A DNA stretch of 64,000 bases from Paragordius varius (GCA_964247055.1 OZ176050.1:4526001-4590000); one strand, 5' to 3'; shown: positions 39,215 through 52,511, numbered from the stretch's first letter. Notes: generated by a model from the letters alone, not told the origin. Numbers and translations: made by a program.

Positions 39215-39780
39215 CACTTCGATTCAAATTGGGGTATCTAAATACCCCAGACTAATTTTGAATTAATATTTTCATAAAACTACTGAAGGAAACGGTCCCA
39301 ATTTAAATTTATGCTTCTATCCTGATATATATTATATAAATATGCCAAAATATCTTGATAAAATTTTGTTGTGAAAAAAAGTTCCATCTCAAACTACTTC
39401 GACCCCATTTTTATTTTACAAACTTTTTGCAAAATATCGTCTTTATTTATTTTTAAGGGTAAAACTATATATATATTACATCTAACATTGATAGAAATAG
39501 AAAAAGCGGTTTAGTTTGCATAATTTTTCAATTTTACAATTTGACCCATGTCACGCTGACGAAATTTTTACCTTTCGGTTTTAGCTTAAAATAAGTAATA
39601 TCAAGTATTTTTGAATAAAATTCTTTATATATTTCAGTTTATTAATGTTATATAAGTGCAAATTTTTGCCATGGTTTCGATTCCTTCCATACTTTTTAAA
39701 GTATTTGATTAACACCCCTGGGGTATCGAATTACCCCAATTTGAATCGAAGGACTAAAATGAGTGTGTTTTATCCAAGTG
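39215..39780 (+). mobile_element. piggyBac-like MITE family A
   Basis: TTAA|CACTT...AAGTG|TTAA, full length, 268 bp upstream of the clarin ATG. Confidence 0.85.
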
Positions 39781-40047
39781 TTAATATATTTATACTAAAA
39801 CTCAGTTTAGGGAGGAAAACTGCCCTTTAAAATGTTTAAAATATTGCACCATCATACATAAAAAAGTAAAATCGATAAAACAATTTTTTTATATATTTCT
39901 TTAGTAAAAATGATAGTTGACATAATTGAGGTCATTTTATATCACTATTGCAATTATCGGATTATAAATATATAATGAGTGCAAAAATACATTTTCTGCC
40001 TAACAGGTATTTACAGGTGTGTCAAGAAGTAATCATCATATGTAAAA

Positions 40048-41484
40048 ATGGTTAAGCGTCGCAGTGTTTGCATTTTTTTAGCATTTATTCTGGGACTTGG
40101 ATCAATTTTTATTCTTTCTATCAGCTTTGCAACTAACTATTGGGTAGTATCACAACCGATCCGAATAGTTAATACAGAAAATGCCACATTTATATACAAA
40201 AATAGCCGGATTAATTTTGGATTATGGCGAGGCGAAAAGACATTGGATGCTGGTTTTAGCACAGAAGGGCGTACCACCGAAATCAAAGGTTATAATATTA
40301 ATTTAAAGTTTAGTCATACCCAGATACATAGATACCAGGATATTTACATATGAACTATGGTTATCATCCATAGTTTTGTTAATAATTGCTATTATATGGG
40401 CTATAATAGCAGTCTTTTTTTCTCTGGTCAATATTATAACTTATCCGCTGGACAAAATGGCTGGTTCTACTGGATTGTATTTATGGAATGCCTTGGCATG
40501 TAAAATTTTTTATATACATACGTTTTTAATTTTAATTTAAGTAATATCGTTCGTTCATATTCTGTTAATTTTTAAAGTATTATTTTTTTATTATAAGTAT
40601 GCAATGTGCAAAGTTTATACAAAGGAACGAACTAATTTATAATTATATTTTTTAGCGGATTCGAACAGAATATTTGTTTGAAAAAACTAACGTTTGATTA
40701 TGTCCAAGAAATAAATTTAATTAAGCAACAATAAGATGAAAATGAATCTAAATTTTAATGGCCCTATCAAATGTTCTCTCAGCACTAATTTATATTTATT
40801 TAATGTAAAAATCAAAACCAGTCTATATTTTGCACATAATGTAATTTGTCGCAAAAGTATTATAAAAATAATTATATTAAACAGTGCCAAACGTTTAGGT
40901 TGCGTTGTTATTATAGTAAAATTTACATGATATATTATTTTTACATCTTTAACATAAGAATTGATCAACATTTTTTCCAACTACATTTAATTAAATAGCT
41001 ATTTATACATCATTTGCTAGTATCATGTACATTTCTATCAACACTCCTATACACCATCCTCTATTTCGGAGACATTCGTTCCAACATTCTTGTGGTCGAA
41101 GAAAAACGTTCGGGGTTTGAAATTGATGGGAGTCGCACTGGTTTCGGTTGGTCTTATTGGCTAACCTTCATAGCTATGTTGAGTTTCATGATGAGTTTAA
41201 CGTTTGTTTTCTTAGCCGAACTCAAATGTTTTTGCTGTTGTAAATCAGGTCGGAGTGGGGGTAGTCATTCCAGTAGTTTGACTGAAGATTATTACCTGAA
41301 TAAATATGCTTTTGCCACTTCGGGCTTGGGAAGCGATGCAAAAAATCACCATCACCATATTGCTTCAATCCATTCACCATACACTGTTTCCGCCAATGGT
41401 ATAATGAATGCACATCACAACAATACGACCAATGCAGCCCATATCAATGGTAGAAAACCGGAACAAACTGTTATTCTCTATTAA
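40048..41484 (+). CDS. CLRN: Clarin-family four-pass membrane protein (296 aa); exons 40048-40288, 40314-40499, 41021-41484
   Basis: Four hydrophobic segments; SFATNYWV, NFGLWRG, GSTGLYLWN and FGWSYWL motifs typical of clarins; introns of 25 and 521 nt restore one frame. The paralog cannot be assigned. Confidence 0.82.
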
Positions 41485-42355
41485 TTGAATTGAATTCCCT
41501 TTACAAAATTTTTTTTGCCAAATCCTACACTGCACAAGCTGGAAAATATATTTTTTTTAAAACATGGCAACTAAATCAATCAATGCAACTTTTTGAATAA
41601 ATATTAAAGTTTAATATATTCATTAATTTATAAAAAATAGCATAATATAATATATTTTAATTGCTACAAAATTCTTACAAATCAAAATGTCAAATTTTGT
41701 GGTTATATTGTGTGCTCATGTGTTCATACTTAATAATATAATAATACCTGTATCATATTTTCTCTTTTTTATAACATATTTTTCTATTTTATTTTTTGAC
41801 ATAACTATGTTACTATTGTTTCTTTATACAATCTTATTTTTAAATATTGTCAGTTTAAGTTTTCCTTTAATATGTAATATTTTATTTTAAATACGATTTA
41901 ATTTATTATGCCTTATTTATTATTTCAAAATTTTATTTTCAACTAAATTTAAAACTGAACAATTTTTTTAAAAAAATAGAGTTTTTTTTTAAAAATAATA
42001 TTTGCTAGAAACTTGTAGATAATGCCATTATGAATTTAGAATATGCCAAAACACGCACCCAACCACATTTCATAATGTAATAATTGCATTTCGATCAAAT
42101 TTTTAATATTTATTCAAACGTTTTGCAAATTAGTCCATTATATATACATATTTTTGGATATCTATTATACTTTAGCCTTTTTGCTACAACACATCCATCC
42201 TCACTTGCATTTAAATTTAGATAATTAAAAATAAATTTATTCACAAATTTTTTTGATTACAGGCGGTGTAAATGGAAAATTACGTTTGTTCTAAACTGAT
42301 TGAATAATACATCGGCATACACAATGCCAAAATTTAAAAGGTAATTAACCTAAAC

Positions 42356-44675
42356 CATGGCTTCTTAAACTATAAGTCGCGACCCCGTTTGGGTCGCCTA
42401 GCAAAATTTTGGGGTCGCGAGTGATAAAAATACAATTTAACAAGAAATGTTTTTTAACTTGTAAAATTATTGTCGTAAAGAAAAATATCAATCATCGTTG
42501 ATAAATATATCACAAAATCTTCGGTTCGGAAAGACTGTTTATACCAGCACTTCTATTCCGAACATAGCTATGTTATTCGGTTGTTTTAATTAAGGTTGAC
42601 GAAAAGATTGTCTCTGGGAACGTCTTTTGTAAAATAATAATTATATTAGTGGTGTGCTGATGCATCTAGTGTTGTAATTTGTCAGTGGCCCTGTAATAAG
42701 ATTTTAGTTTTCTTTTATTTATTCGGTAATTAATACAAATATAATCTGCAATATCTTATTTTTATATATTCATCGTATTTTAGGATAAAAATAATTTTTG
42801 CCCATAGATAAATGGCTGAACTTAAATATGAATGGTAATGACGCAAATGATAATCCAACAAACTCTTCTCAGACAGGACAAAGTATTGGGAAAGAGACAT
42901 CTAATGTGCGAAAAGAAAATATGATAAGTCTTTTCTGTTTCGTATGTCAATAAACCTAAAGAATATTTTGAAAGACTGTTTATATCTTTGAATAAAGAAA
43001 AGACAAACATCGAAAAATTTATAACCGTTAACGAAAATTATTTACTAGCATCATATGAAGTTTCATACTATATTGCTAAAAATAAAAGGCCATTCACCAT
43101 TGGCGAAGATCTTGTGTTACCTGCTGATATTAAAATGGTAGAAATACTTTATGGAAGAAAATATGGCGATGATATTCGAAAATTTCCTTTTTCGAACGAC
43201 ACCGACTCGACTAGAATTTCTGATATTAACAAGGATATTAATACAACTTATGACAAAAATTAAAGCCCAAAATTTTCGCTTCAGTTGGACGAAACAACTG
43301 ATTAACAAATTGGCTTGGTGTGGAATAAGCACAGATTGTGCAAGAGCGATGACGGGCAAAAATGTTATTTTTAAATCATTTTTTCAACCTGCTCATTATG
43401 ATCATATAACTTTTACGCATTACCTTATTCAAGAGAGTCTTGCAGCTAAAAAATTAGCGCCAGAATTGAACGTGCTTTAAGAGCCATCCCCTTACCAGTC
43501 GCTTATTTTCAAATCTCTGTAAGGATACGGATTCCAACTACACAACTTTGTTATTACATGCAGAAGTAAGATGGTTGTCAAGAGATCAAAGTTTAAAAAA
43601 ATTATTGTTATTAAAAAACGAGATTGAAATATTTTTTACTAAACGAAAATGTGAATTTGCTGCTTTTTTTTCAAAATGACTTGTGGCTATTCAAGCTGTG
43701 TTATTTGTCAGATATTTTTGCGAAGTTAAACGATCTTAACTTGTCTCTTCAAGGAAAACATTGCGATATATTTACTTCAAACAATAAAATTAAATTTATT
43801 CAAAAGATCAGCATTTGGAAAAGTAGCGTGGAAAAAATTCGTTCGAAATTTTTTCCAGTGTCAACAATTTTGTAATTGAGAAAATTCATTGTAAAAAATT
43901 TTATTGCTAAGACTATTGTAGATCACTTAAAAGCGCTAGAAATACAGTTCCGGACATAATTGATTTAAAAAAATAGTTTGGACCGTTTTGAATTGGCTTA
44001 AGTGAGATTGATTATCTGCCACTTAAAGCTCAAGAGGAATTTGCTGATATTTTGTGTGACTCAAACTTAAAACTATAATTCCAACAAAAGCCCTTGACTG
44101 AATTCTTGATCGGAAATAGAACTGAATTTTCCACAATCGCCGGTATGGCGTTAAATGTACTTCTGCCATTCAACACCACATATATATGTGAAGTTACTTT
44201 CTCAGCTTTAACACACATTAAATCCCAATATCGTTCAGCGAGAAAAAATGTTGAAGGGGTCTTACGTCCAGCAGTTTCAAACATTACACCCAGATTTGAT
44301 TTGTTATGCATTAAAAAACATGCACCTCCATCTCATTAAATTTTTAACGTAATCTTTTATTTGATATTTACCACCCAACTACTTGGATATATTCGAGAGA
44401 AGTGAAACGGTGAGAATCTACTTTTATTTTTGAAACCATAATAAAAACATTTCTATAACATTTTGTAAATTTCAAATTAAATTTTTATATATTTCAAAAC
44501 GAAATTTAAAATTTATATATTTTTATATGCATAAGTATATTGTTACATAATAAATATATCATTAAAAAATATTAATTTAAATATTAATTTATTTTTCTTT
44601 TATATTTGTTGGGGTAGTTAAAGAAACTCGCAATTATAAATGGGGTCGGGAATTACAAAAGTTTAAGAAGCCCTG
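42356..44675 (+). mobile_element. Decayed autonomous hAT transposon (ZBED5/ZBED8/SCAND3-like Buster/Charlie transposase)
   Basis: TIRs CATGGCTTCTTAAACT / AGTTTAAGAAGCCCTG; remnants ASYEVSYYIAKNKRPFTIGEDLVLPA, LCYLSDIFAKLNDLNLSLQG and LLPFNTTYICEVTFSAL; multiple frameshifts. Confidence 0.92.
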
Positions 44676-44781
44676 TAAACCTCACAATATGGGCGAGAGG
44701 AATAATACGTATTTATCAAGTTTTTATTTCCATGTAAAACGGCTATTAAATAAAAACAGAAAAGTTTCCATAAACGAACCA

Positions 44782-44997
44782 TACCAAAGCAGAAATTTAC
44801 AGTATGCATTTTAATGGCTGATTATTTCACAATATAGGAGGGCAATTTGCAGTAGTGTATGGATAAAAACAACAAAATATTGAATAAACAATTATTTCCT
44901 TTCTTTTTTTCTATACACTCCTGTGTTGCAAATAATTGCTTTACTATGGTGTGAAATGAGGAACCATTAAAATGCATATAAAGACGATTGGTTGGTA
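44782..44997. mobile_element. Imperfect hairpin MITE with TACCA termini
   Basis: ATGCATTTTAATGG...TTTCAC mirrored by GTGAAA...CCATTAAAATGCAT; AGTGTATGGA mirrored by TCTATACACT. Confidence 0.55.
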
Positions 44998-45341
44998 TAG
45001 CATAATATGGAGATGGGTAAACTATATGCTAGCTAATGACTGCTCAAAATCAAATGTATATGGAAAATTTAACCGATGATCATAAGATAACCCATATAAT
45101 TAAATAATTTATAGAATAAATCTGTGGAATTAACATTATTTTTTAACGGTCGCCTTTTTCATTAAAAATACGGGAGTTAAGATTGTTTCTTTGAATCAAT
45201 TTTCCGAACAAACACGTGGACCATCATAAAAGAATATTATTTTAATAATTTACAGCCTACAAATCTTTATTTTTACACTAAATGAGAATACTAAATTGAT
45301 ATTAATTAAGGCTCAGTTAGGCTAGCTCTTATATAATATAA

Positions 45342-47365
45342 CTAGCTGGCCCTGTCACCCTTCGCTGTGACGCAGTTTCACCGATAATTATTCTTAATAA
45401 TAGAGGTAATGGGAAAATAATAAAAAACATATTTATTAAAAGAATGTCTATAATTATTCTTTTACGGGTTATTGCATAGGAAATATTGTTTACGGGAAAT
45501 TGACCATATATAAACTGTCCCTTATTAAAGATTCAACTATCATTGGATTTAATTTAAGATTTTCGTTTAACGAATAAAAGTTTTATTATAAAATAGTGTT
45601 CACACAGCTGGGATCAAGGGATATAAAAAGTAAATTATTTGTGGTCCTTTTTTAAAAGAAAGAATGATATTATACAATTCCCCAAAAATGTGTTTAACTG
45701 ACCTCGTATGGTTTCCTAAGTTTTCTGAAAATAGCTCCAAAACCACGCCATTTTTATATGGCGTCTCAGTTTTAACCGGTAGACCCCTACCCATAGACCT
45801 ATATGGAAAAAGCGCTGAGTTAAATTCTTTCCCTTTATAGGGCAAATATTTTGAATAATTTTTGATCTCATCGTCGCATGGGTTATTCGAAAAAATACAT
45901 CAACACTTAATAATCGTTATGATGGCGCATTTTAAGGGTATAAAGGCCCCAGATAAACGGCTAATAAAAAAACTTCTGACCTTTTTTACCTAGTTACCGG
46001 TAATATTTCAAGCTTTTAATGTAATATGGCTTCATAGATTTTCTGTAAATTAGCTTCAAAACAACGCAATTTCTATATAGTGGCGCAGTTTTTGGCGGGT
46101 AGCTCCTAAAGGGGCTACTATAAAAAAAGCGTTGGGCAAAATTTTTGTCTTTATATGGGGAATATCTGGAATTATCCTGAATTCCATATGATCCTATTAG
46201 ACTCATAGTTGTTCTGAAATTCGGCTCCAAAGGCCTGCTGTATCGATGTGTTGACACCAGGGGTAAAACAAAAAAACTCTCGATTAAAATTTTTGGCTTA
46301 ATTCGGGTAATACATGGAATCATGATTGATTCTATATGCTCTCTTTTTTCGAAAAATTGCCTCAAAAAGTCATTCTATGGTGGCGCATTTTTCAGGGAAG
46401 GGCCTAATTAAGGAATAATTTAAAAAACCGCTCGACTTAAAATTTTTTGCCTTTGGTAATATTTCAGGCCTTTATTAAACTTATATGGCCTGATAAGTTT
46501 TCTGAAAATTAACTCCTAAACAACGCAATTTCGATATGGTGACGCAGTTTTAGGCGGATAGCTCCCTACCCAGAGATTGATACAAAAAAGCGCTTGATTA
46601 AAATTTTTTCCTTTTATGGAGAATACCTGGAATCATGATTGATTCCATATGCTCTCATTAGCTTTTGAAATTGCCTCAAAATAAAAAATCATTCTATAAT
46701 GGCGCATTTCTCAGGGTGTGAAGGGCGTAATAACGCCTAATTTTAAAAAACCGCACGATCTAAATTTTTGTTTTGTTACGCGTAATATTTTAAGCACTTA
46801 ATGAACTCATATGGCATGATAGGTTTTCTAAATCCCAAAGGCACGCTATTTCGATATAATGGGGCAGTTTTTAGCTGGTATCTAGCAGCCAATATAAAAA
46901 AACGCAGGGCTAAAATTCTTGCCTTATACCAAGGGAATATGTGTAATCCTGATTTAATTTTTACGGTCTCATACCCTGAGTGAAAAATAGATTCAAAATA
47001 TTTTTGTGGACTTATTTTTTTTAAAAAAATGGCTTACAGGGGTAGCGGGTAAAAAACGGGCTAAATTAAAAAAGCGAGCCGACTATGTTCGGCGCAATTG
47101 AAAAAAAAGTAAAAAAATCATTGAAATCGAATGGTCCACACGTTTTAGGAAAAATTGTCTCAAAGACACGATTTTTAGGGACTTGTGATTTTAAAAAAAC
47201 CCGTTTATTACACGGGGTGGCCCGAACTGGAGCTTTAATTCAAAAAAAGGCGAAGCTATTGTCGGGGAATTTAATAATGATTATATTTTTTCTTTGGATT
47301 TAAATGGGTCTACCGATTTTCCGGAAACAGATCACAAAGCCAGCACATATTAATAAATATATAGA
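45342..47365 (-). mobile_element. Non-autonomous Helitron with tandem internal units
   Basis: Minus strand: A^TC 5' end at 47365 and CTAG^T 3' end at 45342, preceded by a GC hairpin (CTGTCAC...GTGACGCAG on +). Repeated units begin TGGCGCATTT at ~45922, ~46381 and ~46700. Confidence 0.78.
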
Positions 47366-47646
47366 TGAATAAAGAATATTCATTATTAAAACTAAACAAA
47401 ATTCTATAAGAAAAATTAAAGCCGAATCACATTTATTTAGTGAAATTAAATATGTCAATATTTAAATCGATTGTAAATAAGTTATTATAAAAACTATATT
47501 TCGTGGATCACAAAATTTAACATAATTATTGCAAAAATATCGCAGTTCAAGTTCGAATGGGAATTTCGTTGTGCGCGGAGTTGAATCGGTTTAAATTTGA
47601 GCGGGAAATGCAATTTTTAATAAATATTTTTATATTTCTCCTTTTT

Positions 47647-50420
47647 TCATTCATCGACACCTTCCTCAATTAAGCCTTCTTTAATTGGCTTATCCATTAT
47701 CTTAAATAATTTTCTCCAGGCTATTTCAGTGTCATTCGTAAACAAATCACCGCATGCTTGCTTCAAAGACTTTATGATAACATCCCATAATTCCTATATA
47801 TATATATATATATCACTGTGTGCAAAAAAGAGGATCATTTTGATTTAACATAAATTTTTTTCATGAGATAGCTTATGACCAGCGTATTCATTTGCCGCGA
47901 AAATTTTAGTTTGTGACAACCTAGTTATTGAAATATTTGGAGAAAATCGAAATCGGACAAAAAGTGAAAATTAAGATAATTATTGATTCAAATAATGATA
48001 AAAGTTGAGATATTATGTTTGATTATCATTTTAGACGATATTTTTAATATATAGATAGCCTAAAATCATAAAGTTAGAGTTTCTATAATATCTCAGCTCA
48101 AAAGATGGCGTTTCTTTTTTAAGACACAGTCAAATTTTTAGTTACTAGCTAAACTCACTATTAAATTTTAACATTAATATTTTATTTAGAAAAAAATTTT
48201 ATATATCAAAATAAAACTAAAAAATATTGTTTTTTATTTTTTCATTTTTTTTGTCATCTGGTTTATGAGTGTATTAGAACTTTATACTGTTTTATTTTGG
48301 AATCTTACATGAGTGGGAGTTATAGTATATCATTTATGTAAAATAGGATTTAAAAGTAGGGGAATATTAACCAACAATCCGTACAAATCCCAACAGGTTT
48401 GTTTTAACACAAATTAATATTTTTACTGGGATATGTACGGATTGGTTGATATTCCACTACTTTTAAATCCCATTTTGCATAAATTATATACTTTATTAAT
48501 CCCACTCATGTGAGATTCCAAAATAAAACAGTATAAATTTTTAATACATTCATAAACCAAATGACAAAAAAATGAAAAAAATAAAAAAAATATTTTTTAG
48601 TTTTATTTTGATATAGAAATTTTGTTTTCTAAATAAAATATTAATGTTAAAATTTAATAGTGAGTTTAGCTAGTAAATAATTAAAAAAATTATTTTAAAA
48701 TAGTTTCATAAAAATAAATTTGACTTTTGTGTGTCTTAAAAAAGAAAGGCCATCTTTTGAGCTGAGATATTATAGAAACTCTAACTATATGATTTTAGGC
48801 TATCTATAAATTAAAAATATCGTCTAAAATGATAATCAAACATAATATCTCATCTTTTATCATTATTTCTTGAATCATCCATAATTATCTTAATTTTCAC
48901 TTTTTGTCCGATTTCGATTTTATCTCAATATTTCAAAAACTAGGTCGTAAACAAATAAAAAATTTTACAGCAAATGAATTTACTGGTCATACGCTTTCTT
49001 TGCACACAGTGTATATTAAACAAATAATTTCTATCACCTTGAATTATAAAAAATGGAAAAATAAGAAATATACTGTATATTGATGAAATGAGACACCAAA
49101 ATGTGCATGCTGACGGCCATTTTGTAATAACAATTCTTCAAGGCATTCGGGATCCTCAAAATTTTGGATAAAAGAATTGATGGCATTAATAACCTATTGA
49201 ATGGCTTTTATAAATACTTTGTCAAATTATATTTGATTGGTTCTATAATCATAAAAAACCGATTTATAAATATTGATTGCATTCAAAGAACGGATATTTG
49301 AAATTTTTTTAGTAATTTCAAAACAATATAAAATTAATACATGTTGATTGCGATACTCAAAATATATAATTTTATCCTAAAATTTCAAATTTAATGTTCC
49401 AACTTATTAAGTTCTGGTTTGATTAAAAACTTGTCCGAATAAATAGTCATGTTAAAAATTAAATGGTTTAATTTAACCTAAGGAACAGCCATTTTAAAAA
49501 TTGACCCGAATTATAACATAACACTTAGTAAATAAGATCCAAACTAGAAAAACAGCGTGAACTAAATATTTAAACATGATGTGTACCACTGTCAAATAAA
49601 ATATATATCTTTTTTAATCCGTTAGCCAGGATATATATTTATTAGCAAATGTTGAAAAAAATCTTCCTGATTTTACAAAAAAATTCTTCTAATTTAAATT
49701 ATGAGCTTAACTACTATTGTTTTATAGATTTTTTAACTAAAAGAAAAGTTAAAATTATAGTTAGCGGGAAAAAGTTTTAGATGATGATTTTTATATTTCT
49801 ATTTTTAAAAATATTAATTATAGAATGTAGAAACAAACATTTTTGATAGTTTATTGTGTTTTAAGTAATAAACTTCATTTCTCAAAAATAAAGGGTTGGA
49901 ATTTAAACAAAATAAAGAAAGGTTGTATTAGAATAGACAATCAGTAAATGAGCCGAAATTCAATAAATAAAAAAAATAAATCTTTAAAAAAAATCTGATT
50001 TTTTTTATCAATATTGAAATGTTAATAATTATATACAGCAGTGGCATGAGCTTTGTATTGTCGTGAATTTGGTAAATCTTCTAAGGATATCCGTTCAAAT
50101 TTTTTGAATAAGTTTTTGTATTCTGGGTGTGCCGCAAAATAACTAAATTATGAAATGAAAAGTGGATATTAGTTCTTTAAGATACATTTCATAAATTTAT
50201 TATGCTTAGAGGTTCGCTCTAAATTTCATAATTTAGCTCTATGGCTACTTTGAAACAAATTTTTTTAATTTTAAAAACCACCTTAATTGATTATATGATA
50301 TTAAATATATTATTACTTGTTAAACACGAGAATTCCAGCACTCTTAGGGTCTTTCATAACTGGCGCCCAAGTTTTATTAATTTCTTCTATATCTTTTGGA
50401 GTTAAGGCTTCATTTGCCAT
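47647..50420 (-). CDS. Single-domain globin, 158 aa, neuroglobin-type intron pattern; exons 50420-50317, 50142-50037, 49193-49074, 47793-47647
   Basis: MANEALTPKDIEEINKTWAPVMKDPKSAGILVFNNYFAAHPEYKNLFKKF...QYKAHATAVINAINSFIQNFEDPECLEELLLQNGRQHAHFGVSFHQYTELWDVIIKSLKQACGDLFTNDTEIAWRKLF...VDE*. Trp A12, Pro C2, Phe CD1, His E7 and His F8 are present; introns fall at B12.2, E11.0 and G7.0. Confidence 0.95.
47814..49011. mobile_element. 1.2-kb foldback element with CACTG...CAGTG termini and 3-bp TAT TSD (CMC/CACTA-Chapaev-like)
   Basis: Two ~575-bp arms are near-perfect reverse complements around a ~40-bp loop (~48390-48430); TAT on both flanks; fills globin intron 3. Confidence 0.85.
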
Positions 50421-51854
50421 ATTTCACAAAAAATCAATTAATAATTTTAATAAAAAAATTTTGTTAAAAATAAATTAAAATAAACGAACGGAAAAAAATT
50501 GTGATGTCCTGCTTTTATCTTTATTATAGAAAGAAATGATATCGATAACAAATATTTGCGTTATGTATTAAGGTAGGCATACAATATCTATATCACTGTT
50601 TAAATATTACATAATTTAATGTATTAATATTTATATACGTAAAAGTATGTATAATTATAAATACATAAAGTAATATCCTAAGGATATTTCTATCACGTTA
50701 TTATGATGTAAGCATATTGAAAAATATGAATTTATTATAATAAATTTTTTGATGTTGACTCCACGCCCTTTACGTAAATGAAAAAGTTACTATTATTTAT
50801 ATTGACCCATCTTGCATTTACCCAAATATTTATAACTATTAAAATAAAATAAATTTTTAAAGAGTCGAAAAATAACAGGTCTCATAATAATTTTTCAGTT
50901 TAAAGATTTTTGAATACAAACTTATATTATTGTAAATATCTTGTGAACCATTTTTTAATTATTTTAATTATGATTAATTATGTTAAATTCAACAGTTGTT
51001 TTTAAAACGGGCTCAAAAATTAGATGGACAAAATGTTTTTGATTATAAGCCACAAATGTAATTAAAATTTAATTTACATCAAAAAAGCATTTTCAGATGC
51101 ATATTTTTAAATAATTCGTTAACTATATCGGCTTAGTTTTTGATCAAAGATATTCAAAAATCGGGAGCAAAAACTCCCGTTCTAAATTATGGGTAAAATT
51201 TTTAAACCAATATAATTTAATTCGTATTGTGTTGAATTCTTTTGTTACACTTAATTAGTTTATGAAGACCGCTGTGTAATAATATCATGTAACAAAATTT
51301 AGAATGTGTTTAATAATAACATTTGAAAGATTCAATTAGATAGAGTAAATTTGAAGCCGAATAATTAGATTATGTTAAGGTCAATGTGGTTCGTCCCGAC
51401 AAAACGGTTCGGCCAAATAATTTTTTACTTAAAATCATAGTTCCATATCAGTAAAATTGAAAATTTCATTGTTTTTTGGTCAAATAGATTTTGATTTCGT
51501 CATTTTTTTTGTTTTTGATTGAATGATAAATAGCAGCAAAATCATATAAGCCAATAAAACCTTATTGTAATTTTCTGAATTAAAAAAATACTTTTATGAT
51601 TAAAATAATTACATAAATATTATTAAATAAATTTTGTGTGTTTTTGTTGTCACAGAAAAAAAATTTGTGGTTCCGGTTATCATCCTTAAAAAATATCATA
51701 AAAACATCAGTTAAATTTAAATATTAATCATGTTATCTACCATAGCGCTCGAATGCTTTCCTTATCTTCGAAAATATGTCATGTAAATTTTGGTGATTAA
51801 ACGTTTCGTAACATTTCAGTACACCGTATATTAAAAAAAGCAGAAGCTAAACAG

Positions 51855-52099
51855 TTGAATATAAGTATCTTTAAAACATAAACCATGTAAAACGATACAT
51901 CCTATAAAAATCATATCATAAAATTTTCGAAACTGGCTACGTAAAAATGTCGCCTACAACGAAGATCGTAGTAAGGAATTGAAACCTTATTAGCCTGTTT
52001 GTTTTCTAGCCATTTATTCTTTTCCATTTTTGAAGAAAATCTAAAAAACAATCGGAACCATTTCGCTCGCCCTGTTTAAAGTGGTACCAAATAGGACAT
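51855..52099 (-). pseudogene. Decayed THAP zinc-finger domain, probably a DNA-transposon remnant
   Basis: Minus-strand frame MSYLVPL*TGRAKWFRLFFRFSSKMEKNKWLENKQANKVSIPYYDLRCRRHFYVASF resembles THAP (FFRFP..KW..CxRHF), with a degenerate AVPTxF-like block downstream; N-terminal cysteines lost and stops present. Confidence 0.45.
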
Positions 52100-52511
52100 A
52101 AAGGACTTAAAATTGTTTCGGTTCCAATTTTCGAAAATTCCACTGTTTAGAAATGTTTTAGGATTATTAACCCATACGATACAAACTCCATATATAAATA
52201 GGTTTTATCAAGATATGATATCTATATAAGTTAACACACAATTTATTTTATGTATTGGCATTGAAATAGGAAGTTTGACACCAGCCACATCATTACGAGA
52301 TATTATGCAAAATTAATTTATAGAGTATATCACAATCAATAGATTTGACTAGCATATATATATATATATATATATATATAAGATTATCACACACATGACT
52401 AGATTAGATTGTATTGTTTTTAAGATAAAATAATAATTTAGAGAGGCAGTTTTAGTGGAAAAAACATAAAATGGAAAAACTTAAAAATTTTTTGCAAAGG
52501 AAAATAATCGT

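Noticed and set aside
42000-42350. Exon-like segments upstream of the second hAT
   Set aside because: Stops in all frames and no consistent splice chain.
45600-47303. ORFs 45600-45845, 45994-46365, 46801-46983, 47085-47303 (and 5757-6002)
   Set aside because: Chance frames inside the non-autonomous Helitron repeats; no Rep/helicase motifs.
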